DNA from: an uncultured Gammaproteobacteria bacterium
Lineage (GTDB): Bacteria > Patescibacteriota > Microgenomatia > UBA1406 > HO2-37-13b
NCBI GenBank assembly: GCA_964422025.1
Contig: CAYQYZ010000001.1
Location: forward strand, 277,181-341,180
Direction: 5' to 3'
Length of the DNA: 64,000 nt
This document shows, one piece after another, positions 48,650-59,550 of this stretch; position 1 is the first letter of the stretch, and every line of letters begins with the position of its first letter. The translations under genes were made by a program, and so were the position numbers. The notes under the pieces were generated by a model that was given only the letters and a program-made list of their open reading frames with translations, was not told the origin of the DNA and did no database searches.

Positions 48650-49785
48650 CCTTTCAGCGACTTCTTCATTTGCACCGTAATATCAAACTCTTTGGCAAGT
48701 TGTAAGCAAGTTTTTTGAAGGCTTTCTAAATTCTTTTTATCAAGAAACTTTTTCAATGAATTGTCGTTTGGAATTTTGTTGTGGGGTTTTAGTAAATATG
48801 CTGCACCTGACTGTTTAATAGCTTCACCGAGTGACGGCTCGCAGGAAATTATAAACGGTAATCCACATAATAAAAAGTCCCAAATTTTGAGGGGTTCAAT
48901 AAATTTTGTAGAGCCGAATTTGTCATCGTACACAGCAATTCCCACATCGCACGTAGTTGCAAATTCTTGCCATTCACGACGAGAATGCAAATGATACACC
49001 TTCCATTTTTTTAGCTTATACTTTCTACAATTCTCTTCAAATGCTTCGTGGTTTCCCACGGGCGCAAAATGGAATTCCATGCTTGGGCGAATTTTTTGAA
49101 TCTTTTCAAGTACTGTAAATAAAATAGTAAATTGTCGTGGGGTTATACAGCTACCCGTCCAACACATTTTGTTTCCGGTTCGCTTACTTTTTCCTTTCCT
49201 ATACAAACGCGAGTCGTATTGATTTGAATTAGGAATATAATCCGCATCAACATGCAAATACTTTTTTTTGTAATCAACCAGACCTTCGCAAACCGCCCAC
49301 ACGTAATGAGATTGGGTACTTGCTAGCTCATCTGCTTTTTCATACAAAAACTGCATGACTTTATTTTTAAATCTATTCTGATTAAAATCGACTGCATAAA
49401 ATGCAAGTTCAAACAGCATAAATTTTCGAAGCGCAACTAACGCAAGTGTGGAAAGGGGGTCGATGCCAATATATACAACTTTATTATTCTTGTTTTTCGA
49501 CAAATAATCCCATGCTAAATAAAACACGATTAATGTATCGATAACATATTTAATAGGCGCAATTTTTCCTAAAAACGCAGGTATTCGAAGTTTTTTTTCT
49601 TTCTTCCATTTTCCAATTAATATTGGTCGATCATAGTTTTCCAAGGGAAGCTGAACAGTATCTACATACAATCCAGCACTCGTAAGTCCGTTACAGACCG
49701 AAGAGTATGGTCCTTCAAGCGCATCATACGGTTCGCTTTTCCGATATACGATATGCGTTACTACAAAAGCCTTTGCAAAATACAT
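48646..49785 (-). CDS. putative GT-B-type glycosyltransferase
   Basis: 379 aa. The C-terminal 'FIEPLKIWDFLLCGLPFII' resembles the GT1/GT4 E-x7-E region. Assignment is tentative. Confidence 0.6.
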   Translation of the reverse strand: MYFAKAFVVTHIVYRKSEPYDALEGPYSSVCNGLTSAGLYVDTVQLPLENYDRPILIGKWKKEKKLRIPAFLGKIAPIKYVIDTLIVFYLAWDYLSKNKNNKVVYIGIDPLSTLALVALRKFMLFELAFYAVDFNQNRFKNKVMQFLYEKADELASTQSHYVWAVCEGLVDYKKKYLHVDADYIPNSNQYDSRLYRKGKSKRTGNKMCWTGSCITPRQFTILFTVLEKIQKIRPSMEFHFAPVGNHEAFEENCRKYKLKKWKVYHLHSRREWQEFATTCDVGIAVYDDKFGSTKFIEPLKIWDFLLCGLPFIISCEPSLGEAIKQSGAAYLLKPHNKIPNDNSLKKFLDKKNLESLQKTCLQLAKEFDITVQMKKSLKG

Positions 49786-49820
49786 GTGGTGTATTATACT
49801 ATGCCAACAACTAAAACATT

Positions 49821-50867
49821 ATGAGTAATCCAAAAATCAGCGTTGTGCTGCCAACATACAATCGTCCAGACTACATTGTTCTCTCTATCAAATCTATTTT
49901 AAACCAGACTTTTAAAAACTTTGAAATCCTAGTACTTGATGATGCATCGACTGATAATACTGAAGAAGTAGTTTTAGGGTTCAATGATAAGCGGATTGTT
50001 TACATTAAAAACAAAAAGAACATGGGGTATGCCGCAAACATTAAAAAAGGGTTTGGCATGTCAAAAGGAAAGTACATTTTTATGATTTCCGACGATGACA
50101 TGATCATGAGCACTACGCTATTTGCAGAAATTGTGAAAGTTATGGATAAAACAAATGCGGGTTATGCGCAGACTGGTTTGGTTTACTACGACCAAGACCA
50201 TTACAAACCTTCGGTTATTGATCATGTTGCAACAAAATTGATTTTTGAAAAACCATCGCCTGATATTTTCTACAAGACATCAAACTGGCATTACGGATTT
50301 ATGTCGGGAAACGTTTTCCGAAAAGATTTTATAAATATTGATCGCGATTTTCATGAAACCGATATTTGGTGGCCGTTTTTAAAAGCTGCATATAGTGCCA
50401 TTAAAGACCATGGGGCGGTTTATTTTGGAAAGCATTTTATTGTTGCCCGCACAAGCACCACGGGGCTTATTGCATGGCTTGATATAAATAAAAATGGGAG
50501 TTTTTATATGGATTTGTTGTTCGATATTTATAAGGAGTTCGATAAGGACCCAGTGCGATTTCAAAAATATTTAAAAAATCGCCTTGATGTAGTTGTGGGA
50601 ACATTACCTGGTATAAAATACTACACATCAAATGAAAATATAAAGGGTATGGCGTATGCAATTGTTAAACATCGACCTGAATACATATTCGAAAAGTCAT
50701 TTTGGATCAATGTAATGGGGGCTCTTCTTGCACCAAAACCGATTTTAGGAGCACTTCGACCAATTCGAACATTTATAGGGCAACGAAAACTTGCGGCATT
50801 CCTTCGAAAGATCCAACTTGAAAAAAATCTTGATTTGGCACTGGCGGGTACTTCCAAAAAAAATTAA
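49821..50867 (+). CDS. family 2 glycosyltransferase
   Basis: 'ISVVLPTYNRPDY', 'LDDASTDNT' and 'MISDDD'. Confidence 0.9.
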   Translation: MSNPKISVVLPTYNRPDYIVLSIKSILNQTFKNFEILVLDDASTDNTEEVVLGFNDKRIVYIKNKKNMGYAANIKKGFGMSKGKYIFMISDDDMIMSTTLFAEIVKVMDKTNAGYAQTGLVYYDQDHYKPSVIDHVATKLIFEKPSPDIFYKTSNWHYGFMSGNVFRKDFINIDRDFHETDIWWPFLKAAYSAIKDHGAVYFGKHFIVARTSTTGLIAWLDINKNGSFYMDLLFDIYKEFDKDPVRFQKYLKNRLDVVVGTLPGIKYYTSNENIKGMAYAIVKHRPEYIFEKSFWINVMGALLAPKPILGALRPIRTFIGQRKLAAFLRKIQLEKNLDLALAGTSKKN

Positions 50868-50868
50868 C

Positions 50869-51792
50869 ATGAAGAAATACCTCATAACCGGCGGCTTTGG
50901 CCTTATTGGCTCAACGCTCGCTTCCCAATTAAAAGGCGATGTAACATTGGTAAGTAGATCAAAAAAACATATTCACCGAATTGATAAAAAGAAATTCAAA
51001 ATTCTTATTAAACCAATTGAAAAACTGACTAAAAATGATTTAAAAGACATTGATATTATTTATCACTGTGCAAGTACTGTCGATAATTACAATATTCTCA
51101 CCGATCCATATATTGACGTGCAGACAAATATTATGGGCACTATTCACATTCTGGAATTATGTAAAGCAATGAAAAAAATGCCAAAAATTGTTTTCCTTTC
51201 TACATTCTTTATATATGGAAACGAATATGAACGAAGCAAAAAAAAGATTACCGAAGAATCTCCAACTGAACCGCTTGCTATTTATCCGGCAACTAAATTG
51301 TGCACCGAGAGCATAATAAAGAGTTACCACGCAATTTTTAATATTCCTTACACGATCGTTCGTCTTACAAATGTGTATGGAGAAGCAGAAGATTACGACA
51401 ACAAAAAGAAGGGCGCATTAAATTGGCTCATTATGCAAGCAATAAAAGGCAACGATCTTTCAGTGTATAAAGGGGGAAATTTTTACCGAGATTATATACA
51501 CGTTGACGATGTGGCACGCGGTATTATTTCTTTGAACAATAAAGAAAATGACACATTCTTAATAGGTTTTGGGACTCCCGTGTATTTTAGAATGCTCATT
51601 AAATATATTCTAACTGCGACAAGTAATAAATCGAAGGTTTTTGAAATCGATCCTCCGGAATTTCATAAACACGTTGGAGTGCGCAATTTTGTAGCAAATA
51701 CAAGCAAAATGCGAAAAACTGGATGGAAGCCAACAATATCACCTAAAGAGGGAATTACCCGAGTGGTTAATTATTACAAAACACTTGCATGA
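50869..51792 (+). CDS. NAD-dependent sugar epimerase/dehydratase (SDR)
   Basis: 'ITGGFGLIGSTLA' and 'YPATKLCTE'. Start set to ATG 50869 (MKKYLITGG). Confidence 0.85.
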   Translation: MKKYLITGGFGLIGSTLASQLKGDVTLVSRSKKHIHRIDKKKFKILIKPIEKLTKNDLKDIDIIYHCASTVDNYNILTDPYIDVQTNIMGTIHILELCKAMKKMPKIVFLSTFFIYGNEYERSKKKITEESPTEPLAIYPATKLCTESIIKSYHAIFNIPYTIVRLTNVYGEAEDYDNKKKGALNWLIMQAIKGNDLSVYKGGNFYRDYIHVDDVARGIISLNNKENDTFLIGFGTPVYFRMLIKYILTATSNKSKVFEIDPPEFHKHVGVRNFVANTSKMRKTGWKPTISPKEGITRVVNYYKTLA

Positions 51793-52799
51793 CAAAAGCT
51801 CCACTAATCTCAATTATAATTACCAATTTTAATGCCAAACGATGGCTTGATAAATGTATCGGATCAATTCAAGAGCAAAAGTTCAAAGATTATGAAATTG
51901 TGTTTGTAAATGATGGGTCAACTGATGGATCATTTGAATACGCACAAAAAAAATTCCCGGGATGTGCTTTTGTGAATAGCATTGCAAATGCGGGGTTTGC
52001 ACGTGCAAATAATTTGGGGGCTATGTCCGCCCGAGGAGAGTATCTATTTATTCTTAACGCAGATACATATCTTGAAAAAGATACACTCTCAAAGTTAGCA
52101 GCCACACTCAAAAAACATCCTCGCTACAAAATTGCACAACTGGATATTCGTCGGTATGACAAGGCAAACATGGATGGGGAAGCGTGTACATTTCAAATAG
52201 ATCGATTTGGGTATCCGATTTGGTCGGGTAAAGATGAAAATCCATTTTATGCCGATGCCGCAGCAATGATTATAAAAAAAGACCTTTTTTTCAAAATTGG
52301 TGGCTTTGATGATCGGTTCTACATTTATCTTGAGGATTTAGATCTTGCATGGCGCGCCCGATTACTTGGAAACACGGTGTATTATCTTCAGGGAATACAT
52401 GTATATCACTTTGCAGGCGGCACCTCGGTGTCTACGCAAGTAAAAGAGGGTACGTACGCAACGTCGTTACGACGTCGATACGACGCGCAAAAGAACAATC
52501 TTCGCACGCTTATTAAGAACGTGGAGCTTCCAAATCTAGTATGGCAACTTCCTGGATCCACACTCCTCGCTTCTGGAGAAGGCTTTTTATACTTACTAAA
52601 GGGCAATGTGGCGGGATTTTTGGCTTTGCATAATGCAATCCTTTGGAATATACTGAACGTAGTTGATTCATTACGGGAACGAGCAAAAGTACAAAAAATG
52701 CGTACAGTAAGCGACTTTGAAATTTTTAAAAACGCCGATCGTCGCATTTCCAAACTTTCTTCGCTTATTTCATACGGAATTCCGAAAATGAACCAATAA
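51789..52799 (+). CDS. family 2 glycosyltransferase
   Basis: 'ISIIITNFNAKRWL', 'VNDGSTDGS', 'LNADT' and 'EDLDLAWR'. Confidence 0.9.
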   Translation: MTKAPLISIIITNFNAKRWLDKCIGSIQEQKFKDYEIVFVNDGSTDGSFEYAQKKFPGCAFVNSIANAGFARANNLGAMSARGEYLFILNADTYLEKDTLSKLAATLKKHPRYKIAQLDIRRYDKANMDGEACTFQIDRFGYPIWSGKDENPFYADAAAMIIKKDLFFKIGGFDDRFYIYLEDLDLAWRARLLGNTVYYLQGIHVYHFAGGTSVSTQVKEGTYATSLRRRYDAQKNNLRTLIKNVELPNLVWQLPGSTLLASGEGFLYLLKGNVAGFLALHNAILWNILNVVDSLRERAKVQKMRTVSDFEIFKNADRRISKLSSLISYGIPKMNQ

Positions 52800-52804
52800 C
52801 GGTC

Positions 52805-55800
52805 ATGAAGAATTTGTTTTTAAAGATTTATCCGGCACTTACCATCCTTTTATTCCCCGTATTTTTTGTGCACCGACTTTTTAAGGAAAATTACTTATTT
52901 TACGGAGAAGAGCGTGGATTTCTAAACTATGATTTCGTGAATTATCGATACGATACTATTTGGGAAACAACAAAGAATTTTGGGGCAATAACTTCTAATC
53001 ACTTTAATATTTTTACCACCGGATTTTTCTGGAAAATAACAACGTATTTTGGAGTGTCTAATTTGCATGCTGAAATGCTTTTTTATTACTTCATCACTTT
53101 CTCTACGGTTTTATTTGGATATTTAGCATTTAAAAAAGTGTCCAATAATAAAGGTTTGTCACTATTGATAGGCCTTACGTATATAACCACTTACAACTAT
53201 TACGCCACAATCACCACCACCCCAAAGATGCTCCAGGTTATTATTTTACCTATGACGCTGTATTTTTGGTTGCAGTTTATCGATACTAAAAAATTACGTT
53301 ATTTCATTCTTAATACACTGCTTTTAGGGCTGTTCTTAGGAATCGGTATTAACCCACCGCAGATGATTGGAGCGTATATATTTATTTTTCTTTACATTGG
53401 ATTCTTTAACTTTCAGCGCAAAAATATTCCGTACATTGCTCTCTTCTTAACCCCCTTTGTATTAAATATCTTGTTCGTATTTATTCTCAATACCATTGTC
53501 ATACGCCACAGCGGACAGGTTTTTTCATACGACATTTTTAAAGAAGTTTTTAATGCTACAAAGGCTGTTGCATATGAAATAATGCGTTTCTTTGGAGCGT
53601 GGTGGGACTATGCCGGAAGCGGGGGACTGTTTTATAATCACATCGGCCCCTATTACCATTCTTTCCCGGGAATCATAATTACCTACATTCCATTTGCCTT
53701 GTTCTTATACCTCATTGTTGAGCAAAAAAGAGAGAACATGTCGCTGCGAAATAAATTAATTGCATTAACGCTACTACTTTTATTCTTTGTAAAAGGGGGT
53801 GCAATGCCATTTGGAGAACTTTTCGATAAAGCGTATCAGCACATTAGTTTATTGCGAATCTTTCGTGAACCATGGGCAAAATTTATTGCAGATTATATTT
53901 TTGCAGTATATGTAAGCATCGTATATTTATACACGACAACCCATGAACGAGCCCAAAAAATTGTATTGTATATTTTGACGTTTTTATTTATTTTCCAGCT
54001 CATCCCCCTCACACTCGGACTCGTTATCGATCACAGAAATATTTCCTGGAAAATCAGTGATGTAAATGTCCCATCGTATTGGAATACCATTCAACATTGG
54101 ACAAAACAAAATACTCAAAATAAACGAATACTGGTGCTACCAGCGCGAGTTGATGATGGAGGAACAATGGTACAAAATTGGCGACCTTATTATTTTATTG
54201 GCTACCCTGATGATTATTATATTTATGGCGATATTATTAATAGTCAATACAATAGTGACGAAGACAAATACATTACGCAAAATTTTTTGAAAAATCTTAC
54301 GCCACAATTGTTGCAAATGGCTTCAATCGAATATGTTATAGATAAGCTTGACATTGCTCCTCAGCAAGGCCAAGTCATAATTGGGAGTGACGCAGTAAGT
54401 AGCAGCCTTGATCTTCGAGAAAAATTACGATTTGACGGAGTAAATGTTTTTCCAGTTAAAGAGGGTAATATAACTGAACGGTTACGGGTAGTAAGCAAGA
54501 TCTTTTCTGCTCCCGAGAATTGTGCAGATTTTTTCAAAAAAAATAAAACCTCGGACTTTACAGCAAGTGCATACATTCACAAAAATGTAACTGCGGTCGC
54601 GGGAAATATCTCGGATTCTAAGCCTCAAATAACTCGAATAGATAAAACAGATTACAAAGTAGATTTCGATCAAAGTTCCAGTGCAAATACGGCAATCTTT
54701 TTGGCAGAAACATTTAACACTGGGTGGCAGTGGTATGATTCAACGAGTACATTTGCCCAACCGGTAACTGTCGAAAACAATCATCAAAAGGCAAACTGCT
54801 TTGCAAATCTATGGATTTTTCCTAAAAGTGAAACCGAAGCTCATTCTACATTATATTTGCGTTACGCTCCACAAGTTATGTATGAGCGCATGAAAGTTGC
54901 ATATCTCTCGATCATTGGTCTTTTAATACTTATTGGTTTTGGAATTACCCGAACTCGCAAATCGACAAAATCAACTGATTTGCAAACAAGCATACTGTCA
55001 CCACATCGAATTATTACCTCACTTTTTATGCGGTATAAGCCTAAGCACTTTGGAAAACTTACGATTGAATATCGATTGATATTCTTGACAATTACGCTAA
55101 TCATGTTGGTATTCGATTTTCTGGATCCTCGGGCATACCATGATTTGTACATTGTCTTATTTACCATTTTCTGGATGATAACGAGCATTTCATATAAACT
55201 TAATCCGAAAGTAAACATGTATGCTGCTTGTTTTTTCCTCTTTTTAATCGTCATAAACCGACTTGCGTCGTTTATATATATGGCAGATAAACTTGGTGTA
55301 TGGACAATTATGTTTATTGTATATATTGGTATGTATTCTCTTATTTACGATTACATTACCGTAGAACGTACCGATACTTTTGAGTCATTTATGATGAAAG
55401 TGAAACAAGATATTGCATATTTTGAGAAGTATCATAGCAAAATTTTGTCTAAGTCTCTCTGGTTTTTGCATGGAACTTTGGAAAAGTCTCGATATTGGAT
55501 AATCCGCATATATGGAATGAGAGGAAAAACAACACGCGATTGGATAGTGCTATGGAGTAAGATCGCAATTACAGCGGTTATTTTAAGTATTGGATTTTTT
55601 ATATTCAACAAAATTGATAGTAAAGTGAATCGGTTCTCGTTTGATCCGGTTGTAGAAAAAGTTGAGCCATCAATTATTTACCCATCAACTAAAGTTATTA
55701 TTTGGGGCGAGAATTTTGGATGGAAGGAACAAGAAGGATCGATACTGCAGAATCAATATGGAGAAGTTCGAACAGATGTATGGACAGATACAAAAATAGT

Positions 55801-56011
55801 TTTTGAAACGCCACTTTCCTGGCCACCGGGGGAATTGCAATTTAGAATTGTAAAACCAAGCAATTACGAAGGTCGACATATTTATGCAGTAAGTAAAATC
55901 TTTAAAATTCAATTACTTCCACGCGGAAACGAATTTACCCCAATGGATGATGAATTTTTTAGACAATTAAAGGATCTTGATCCTGAGACAAGAGAAATAA
56001 ATGGATACTAA
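52805..56011 (+). CDS. very large polytopic membrane protein (GT-C-like) with central soluble region and C-terminal IPT/TIG-like domain
   Basis: 1068 aa. There are two TM-rich blocks separated by a region of about 300 aa that is probably extracytoplasmic. The C-terminal 'VEPSIIYPSTKVIIWGENFG...QFRIVKP' looks like an Ig-like IPT/TIG domain. Confidence 0.8.
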   Translation: MKNLFLKIYPALTILLFPVFFVHRLFKENYLFYGEERGFLNYDFVNYRYDTIWETTKNFGAITSNHFNIFTTGFFWKITTYFGVSNLHAEMLFYYFITFSTVLFGYLAFKKVSNNKGLSLLIGLTYITTYNYYATITTTPKMLQVIILPMTLYFWLQFIDTKKLRYFILNTLLLGLFLGIGINPPQMIGAYIFIFLYIGFFNFQRKNIPYIALFLTPFVLNILFVFILNTIVIRHSGQVFSYDIFKEVFNATKAVAYEIMRFFGAWWDYAGSGGLFYNHIGPYYHSFPGIIITYIPFALFLYLIVEQKRENMSLRNKLIALTLLLLFFVKGGAMPFGELFDKAYQHISLLRIFREPWAKFIADYIFAVYVSIVYLYTTTHERAQKIVLYILTFLFIFQLIPLTLGLVIDHRNISWKISDVNVPSYWNTIQHWTKQNTQNKRILVLPARVDDGGTMVQNWRPYYFIGYPDDYYIYGDIINSQYNSDEDKYITQNFLKNLTPQLLQMASIEYVIDKLDIAPQQGQVIIGSDAVSSSLDLREKLRFDGVNVFPVKEGNITERLRVVSKIFSAPENCADFFKKNKTSDFTASAYIHKNVTAVAGNISDSKPQITRIDKTDYKVDFDQSSSANTAIFLAETFNTGWQWYDSTSTFAQPVTVENNHQKANCFANLWIFPKSETEAHSTLYLRYAPQVMYERMKVAYLSIIGLLILIGFGITRTRKSTKSTDLQTSILSPHRIITSLFMRYKPKHFGKLTIEYRLIFLTITLIMLVFDFLDPRAYHDLYIVLFTIFWMITSISYKLNPKVNMYAACFFLFLIVINRLASFIYMADKLGVWTIMFIVYIGMYSLIYDYITVERTDTFESFMMKVKQDIAYFEKYHSKILSKSLWFLHGTLEKSRYWIIRIYGMRGKTTRDWIVLWSKIAITAVILSIGFFIFNKIDSKVNRFSFDPVVEKVEPSIIYPSTKVIIWGENFGWKEQEGSILQNQYGEVRTDVWTDTKIVFETPLSWPPGELQFRIVKPSNYEGRHIYAVSKIFKIQLLPRGNEFTPMDDEFFRQLKDLDPETREINGY

Positions 56012-57494
56012 AAAAATTTCCCTAATTACCCTTTTAATAATTATTACGGTCGGCCTTTATTTCCGCGTTGTTGGCATTCAAAAAAATCTTTCGTTCTGGA
56101 ATGACGAATCGCACGCAGCTATTTACTCGCGAGGGGTTGCGTACACAGGGTTACCACGCGACACGGAAGGCCGCGGACGAGGTATTTATCAGATCGGGCT
56201 GTACTATGTAACTGGAGCAAGTTTTAAGCTATTTGGAATTTCGCAAACTAGTGGACGGTTACCTTCCGTTGCAGTGGGAACTATTTTGATAGGAGCGATG
56301 TATTTTGTAACGAAGAAAGTGACGAAAAAGGAATTACCTGCACTTCTTGCCAGTTTCTTGATGTCGTTTTCCCAAATTCAGCTAGCGTGGTCTACACAGT
56401 TGCGGCCTTACATTTGGCTCGAGCTTTTTTCTCTATTGGTCTTTTATCTTGGAATTAAGTCGCTAAAGAGTAGGGCGCAGATTTTCGATAGAAACTTTCT
56501 AATTGCTGCAGCACTCGGGGGACTCTCATATTTATTTCACCCCATTGGATTTTTTAATATAATTTTCCTATTCGGTATTTTTTCTTACAAAAGTTTGGCT
56601 GCCAAAAAATGGTGGTATCTATTTTCAATTATTCCGTTGGGAGTTATTACATTTTTCTTGATATATTTTTCGATTGGACGCAACATGGCGGATTTGATTG
56701 CATTTGTATTTAAGATAAATACAAACACACTTCATTATCGCGTTTTTCTGCGAGCTAATTATGACTGGTTACTTTTGAGCGCAGGTATTGGGGCTCTGTA
56801 TTTGTACACAAAGGAGAAGAGAGTAGCAATAGTGTTAATAAGTTTTATTGGACTTATTTTATTCCTAGCAATTTTCAAAATTAACGCATCGTATGTTCGT
56901 TATTGCTTGCCAGCATTTCCCCTTATATACATACTTTTTAGCGCGGGAATTGAAGGACTTAGCACATATTACACCAACTATACGAAAAAGAGAAAATTGT
57001 ATGCGCCATTTTTTTTACTCTTTGCTGGAATTTTCTTATACTTTCCGATCCAACGCGATAAGATTCTAGCTGCCCCACGTTTTTATTACACTATTAACGG
57101 CGACATGCGCGAAAATCCAATTGTGGACTACCAAAAAGCTTTTGAAAGAATTTCGGTCATGATTGAAGGTAAAGATTCGTTAATTCTCATGGATGCCTGG
57201 AACGATCGAATTCCATGGTATTTACCAGGAAGAAAATACATATTTTTAGTAAAAAACGAAAAGAAAATTGATCCAACATTTAACGAGCCTATGATAGGTA
57301 CGATTGAAGGATTTGAAAAAGAAAAGAAGAAATATAAAAGTGGTCTAGTTATAGTTGAAAATTGGGAAAGCTTAACTCCGTACGATTTACAACAACATAT
57401 CCGAAATACTCTAAAACACGACTTCGATGTTCAAAATTTACCGTATAATGAAGCTGATAAATGGGGGATTAGTATTTACAGTTGGGGATTATGA
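56001..57494 (+). CDS. GT-C fold (ArnT/PMT-like) polytopic glycosyltransferase
   Basis: The first loop carries 'FWNDESHAAIYSRG' (DE motif), followed by about 11 TM segments. Confidence 0.8.
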   Translation: MDTKKISLITLLIIITVGLYFRVVGIQKNLSFWNDESHAAIYSRGVAYTGLPRDTEGRGRGIYQIGLYYVTGASFKLFGISQTSGRLPSVAVGTILIGAMYFVTKKVTKKELPALLASFLMSFSQIQLAWSTQLRPYIWLELFSLLVFYLGIKSLKSRAQIFDRNFLIAAALGGLSYLFHPIGFFNIIFLFGIFSYKSLAAKKWWYLFSIIPLGVITFFLIYFSIGRNMADLIAFVFKINTNTLHYRVFLRANYDWLLLSAGIGALYLYTKEKRVAIVLISFIGLILFLAIFKINASYVRYCLPAFPLIYILFSAGIEGLSTYYTNYTKKRKLYAPFFLLFAGIFLYFPIQRDKILAAPRFYYTINGDMRENPIVDYQKAFERISVMIEGKDSLILMDAWNDRIPWYLPGRKYIFLVKNEKKIDPTFNEPMIGTIEGFEKEKKKYKSGLVIVENWESLTPYDLQQHIRNTLKHDFDVQNLPYNEADKWGISIYSWGL

Positions 57495-58771
57495 TAAAAA
57501 AAGGATTTACTACAACAATTATTTTTGCTCTAAGTACATTCGTACAACTGGTTAGTCAAATTATAGTAACCCGGATTTACGGAGCATCACTTACGCTCGA
57601 TATCTTTCTTGCAGCCGTTGCAATTCCAACAGTTATTGTAACGGTAATTTACGCCACACTTAACGATACCTTTTTGCCTGAACTTGCTTCTAAAAAAGCC
57701 GACGAAAAGGATGAATATGTACTAGGAAACCTACTCAGCTTAACGGGTATATCCCTTTTCGCATCACTTATTCTGAGCTTCTTTTCCGATCCAATAAGCG
57801 CACTGTTATATGCACCTCGGGGCGCAGAATTTGTAACACAAGTGTCATTTCAAATGAGATTTTTGTTTTTAAGTATTCCAATGGCAGTGGGTGCGACAAT
57901 ACTAGGAAGTTATTTTTATGAACGAAAGGATTTTATTCGATTTCCAATAGCGCAACTAATAGGGAGCTTAGTAAACATACTCATGATACTTGTATTAGCT
58001 CCCACAATTGGGATCTGGGCTCTAATAAGCGCTTTTGTGGTTAATATTCTTATTCAAATTCTTTTTGTTATTCCAAAAGAACTTTTTACTACCACACCTC
58101 TTTTTTCAAACCCAATCGCGCTCCTCCTTACGTGGTTTCCGCTCATTGTAGGAAATTTTGCTATGCGATCAGATCCAATATTAATCCGGTCTATTGGCGC
58201 AGATTTACCAAGTGGATATTTGGTGTACTTAAATTTGGTTACGAAAATCTTTGCGCTCGCAACGAGTGTTGCAACAATTGGAGTTCAGGTAATGCTATTA
58301 CCACACCTAGTTGAGTACTTTCAGAAACAGGAGCTTGATAAAGCATTCTCCACGGTTAGAAAAGCGAAGATCGGAGCAATTCTTATCTCAGTTGCAGTAA
58401 CAATTCTTTTAGTTTTCATTGCGCCCGTCGTTATTTCACTTGTTTTTGTGGGTGGACAATTCACTCAATATGATGCGCAAGTCACCAGTTCAATGATTCC
58501 ACTTTTTGTGATTCCGGCAATTGGATGGGGTGTAAATTCTATATTTATGCAACCACTTATTGCGCTAAAAAAACGATATTTGGTAGGAACTATCCATGTA
58601 GGTTCTATGGTTATGGGATTTGGCATTGGAAATTTGATTAACTCTCAATTAGGCCCACTTCAAGGAATCGTTTGGGGCTTAACTACGCTAATTTTTTCTG
58701 GTATCATTGGAAATGAACTCGTATGGCAATACTACAAACGAAAACTCCAAAAGTCTCAGTTGTTATCGTAA
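57491..58771 (+). CDS. MurJ/MviN-like MOP-superfamily flippase
   Basis: 'QLVSQIIVTRIYGASLTLDIFLAAVAIP' parallels the MurJ N-terminal block. 12-14 TM segments. Start set to ATG 57491, overlapping the upstream stop as ATGA. Confidence 0.75.
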   Translation: MIKKGFTTTIIFALSTFVQLVSQIIVTRIYGASLTLDIFLAAVAIPTVIVTVIYATLNDTFLPELASKKADEKDEYVLGNLLSLTGISLFASLILSFFSDPISALLYAPRGAEFVTQVSFQMRFLFLSIPMAVGATILGSYFYERKDFIRFPIAQLIGSLVNILMILVLAPTIGIWALISAFVVNILIQILFVIPKELFTTTPLFSNPIALLLTWFPLIVGNFAMRSDPILIRSIGADLPSGYLVYLNLVTKIFALATSVATIGVQVMLLPHLVEYFQKQELDKAFSTVRKAKIGAILISVAVTILLVFIAPVVISLVFVGGQFTQYDAQVTSSMIPLFVIPAIGWGVNSIFMQPLIALKKRYLVGTIHVGSMVMGFGIGNLINSQLGPLQGIVWGLTTLIFSGIIGNELVWQYYKRKLQKSQLLS

Positions 58772-59511
58772 ATTATCATACGGATCAGCTTGTTTTAAAT
58801 CTGCTTGCTCAAATAGGGGACAGTACTGAAATTGAAATTATTCTGGTTGATAATAGCTCTGCACCATCCATAGAGAGTAAACTGCCAAAACTTGAATCGC
58901 TGGTTTACTTGTTTCAAAATAAAAACCTCGGATTTTCGGGCGCAAATAATGTGGGAATTAAGCGGACAAAAGGAGAGTGGGTGTTTTTATTGAATAGCGA
59001 CACCCTTACATCAGGGAAAGATATTTTAAAACTCGTTAAGATCTGTGAGAGTGAAGGCGCTTGGGCGGGAGCTCCGCGTTTGGTGAATGAAGATGGAACA
59101 ATTCAACAATCAGTCGGCTATTTTGATGCTCCGCATAAGGGAGCTGTTAATTGGCTCTTTGCGCGTCCTCGATTCGTTACTGCCTCTATGAGAGACTACA
59201 TGCGCGTCGATTTTGCAACCGGAGCCGCACTATTGATTAAAAATTCAGTGTTTGAAAAAATAGGACTTCTGGATGAAAAAAGTTTTTTTATGTATTTCGA
59301 AGATGTTGATTTTTGTTATCGATTATACAAAGAGAAAATTTCCGTTTTATATGTGCCACAGATAAAAATTACCCATTTCGGCGGAAAAAGTGCCGATCAA
59401 AATATACAAGAAAAAAATACAAATTATGTAACCGCTCGAAATGCATACATTAAAAAACACCGTGGGAATATTGTATTATTTTTAAATAATGTTTTTAAAC
59501 TATTCGTGTAG
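58723..59511 (+). CDS. family 2 glycosyltransferase
   Basis: 'VSVVIVNYHT', 'VDNSS', 'LNSDT' and 'FEDVDFCYR'. Confidence 0.85.
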   Translation: MAILQTKTPKVSVVIVNYHTDQLVLNLLAQIGDSTEIEIILVDNSSAPSIESKLPKLESLVYLFQNKNLGFSGANNVGIKRTKGEWVFLLNSDTLTSGKDILKLVKICESEGAWAGAPRLVNEDGTIQQSVGYFDAPHKGAVNWLFARPRFVTASMRDYMRVDFATGAALLIKNSVFEKIGLLDEKSFFMYFEDVDFCYRLYKEKISVLYVPQIKITHFGGKSADQNIQEKNTNYVTARNAYIKKHRGNIVLFLNNVFKLFV

Positions 59512-59550
59512 CCTTTTAGCGCTCTCTAGGAGAGAACACTTAATGCAAAA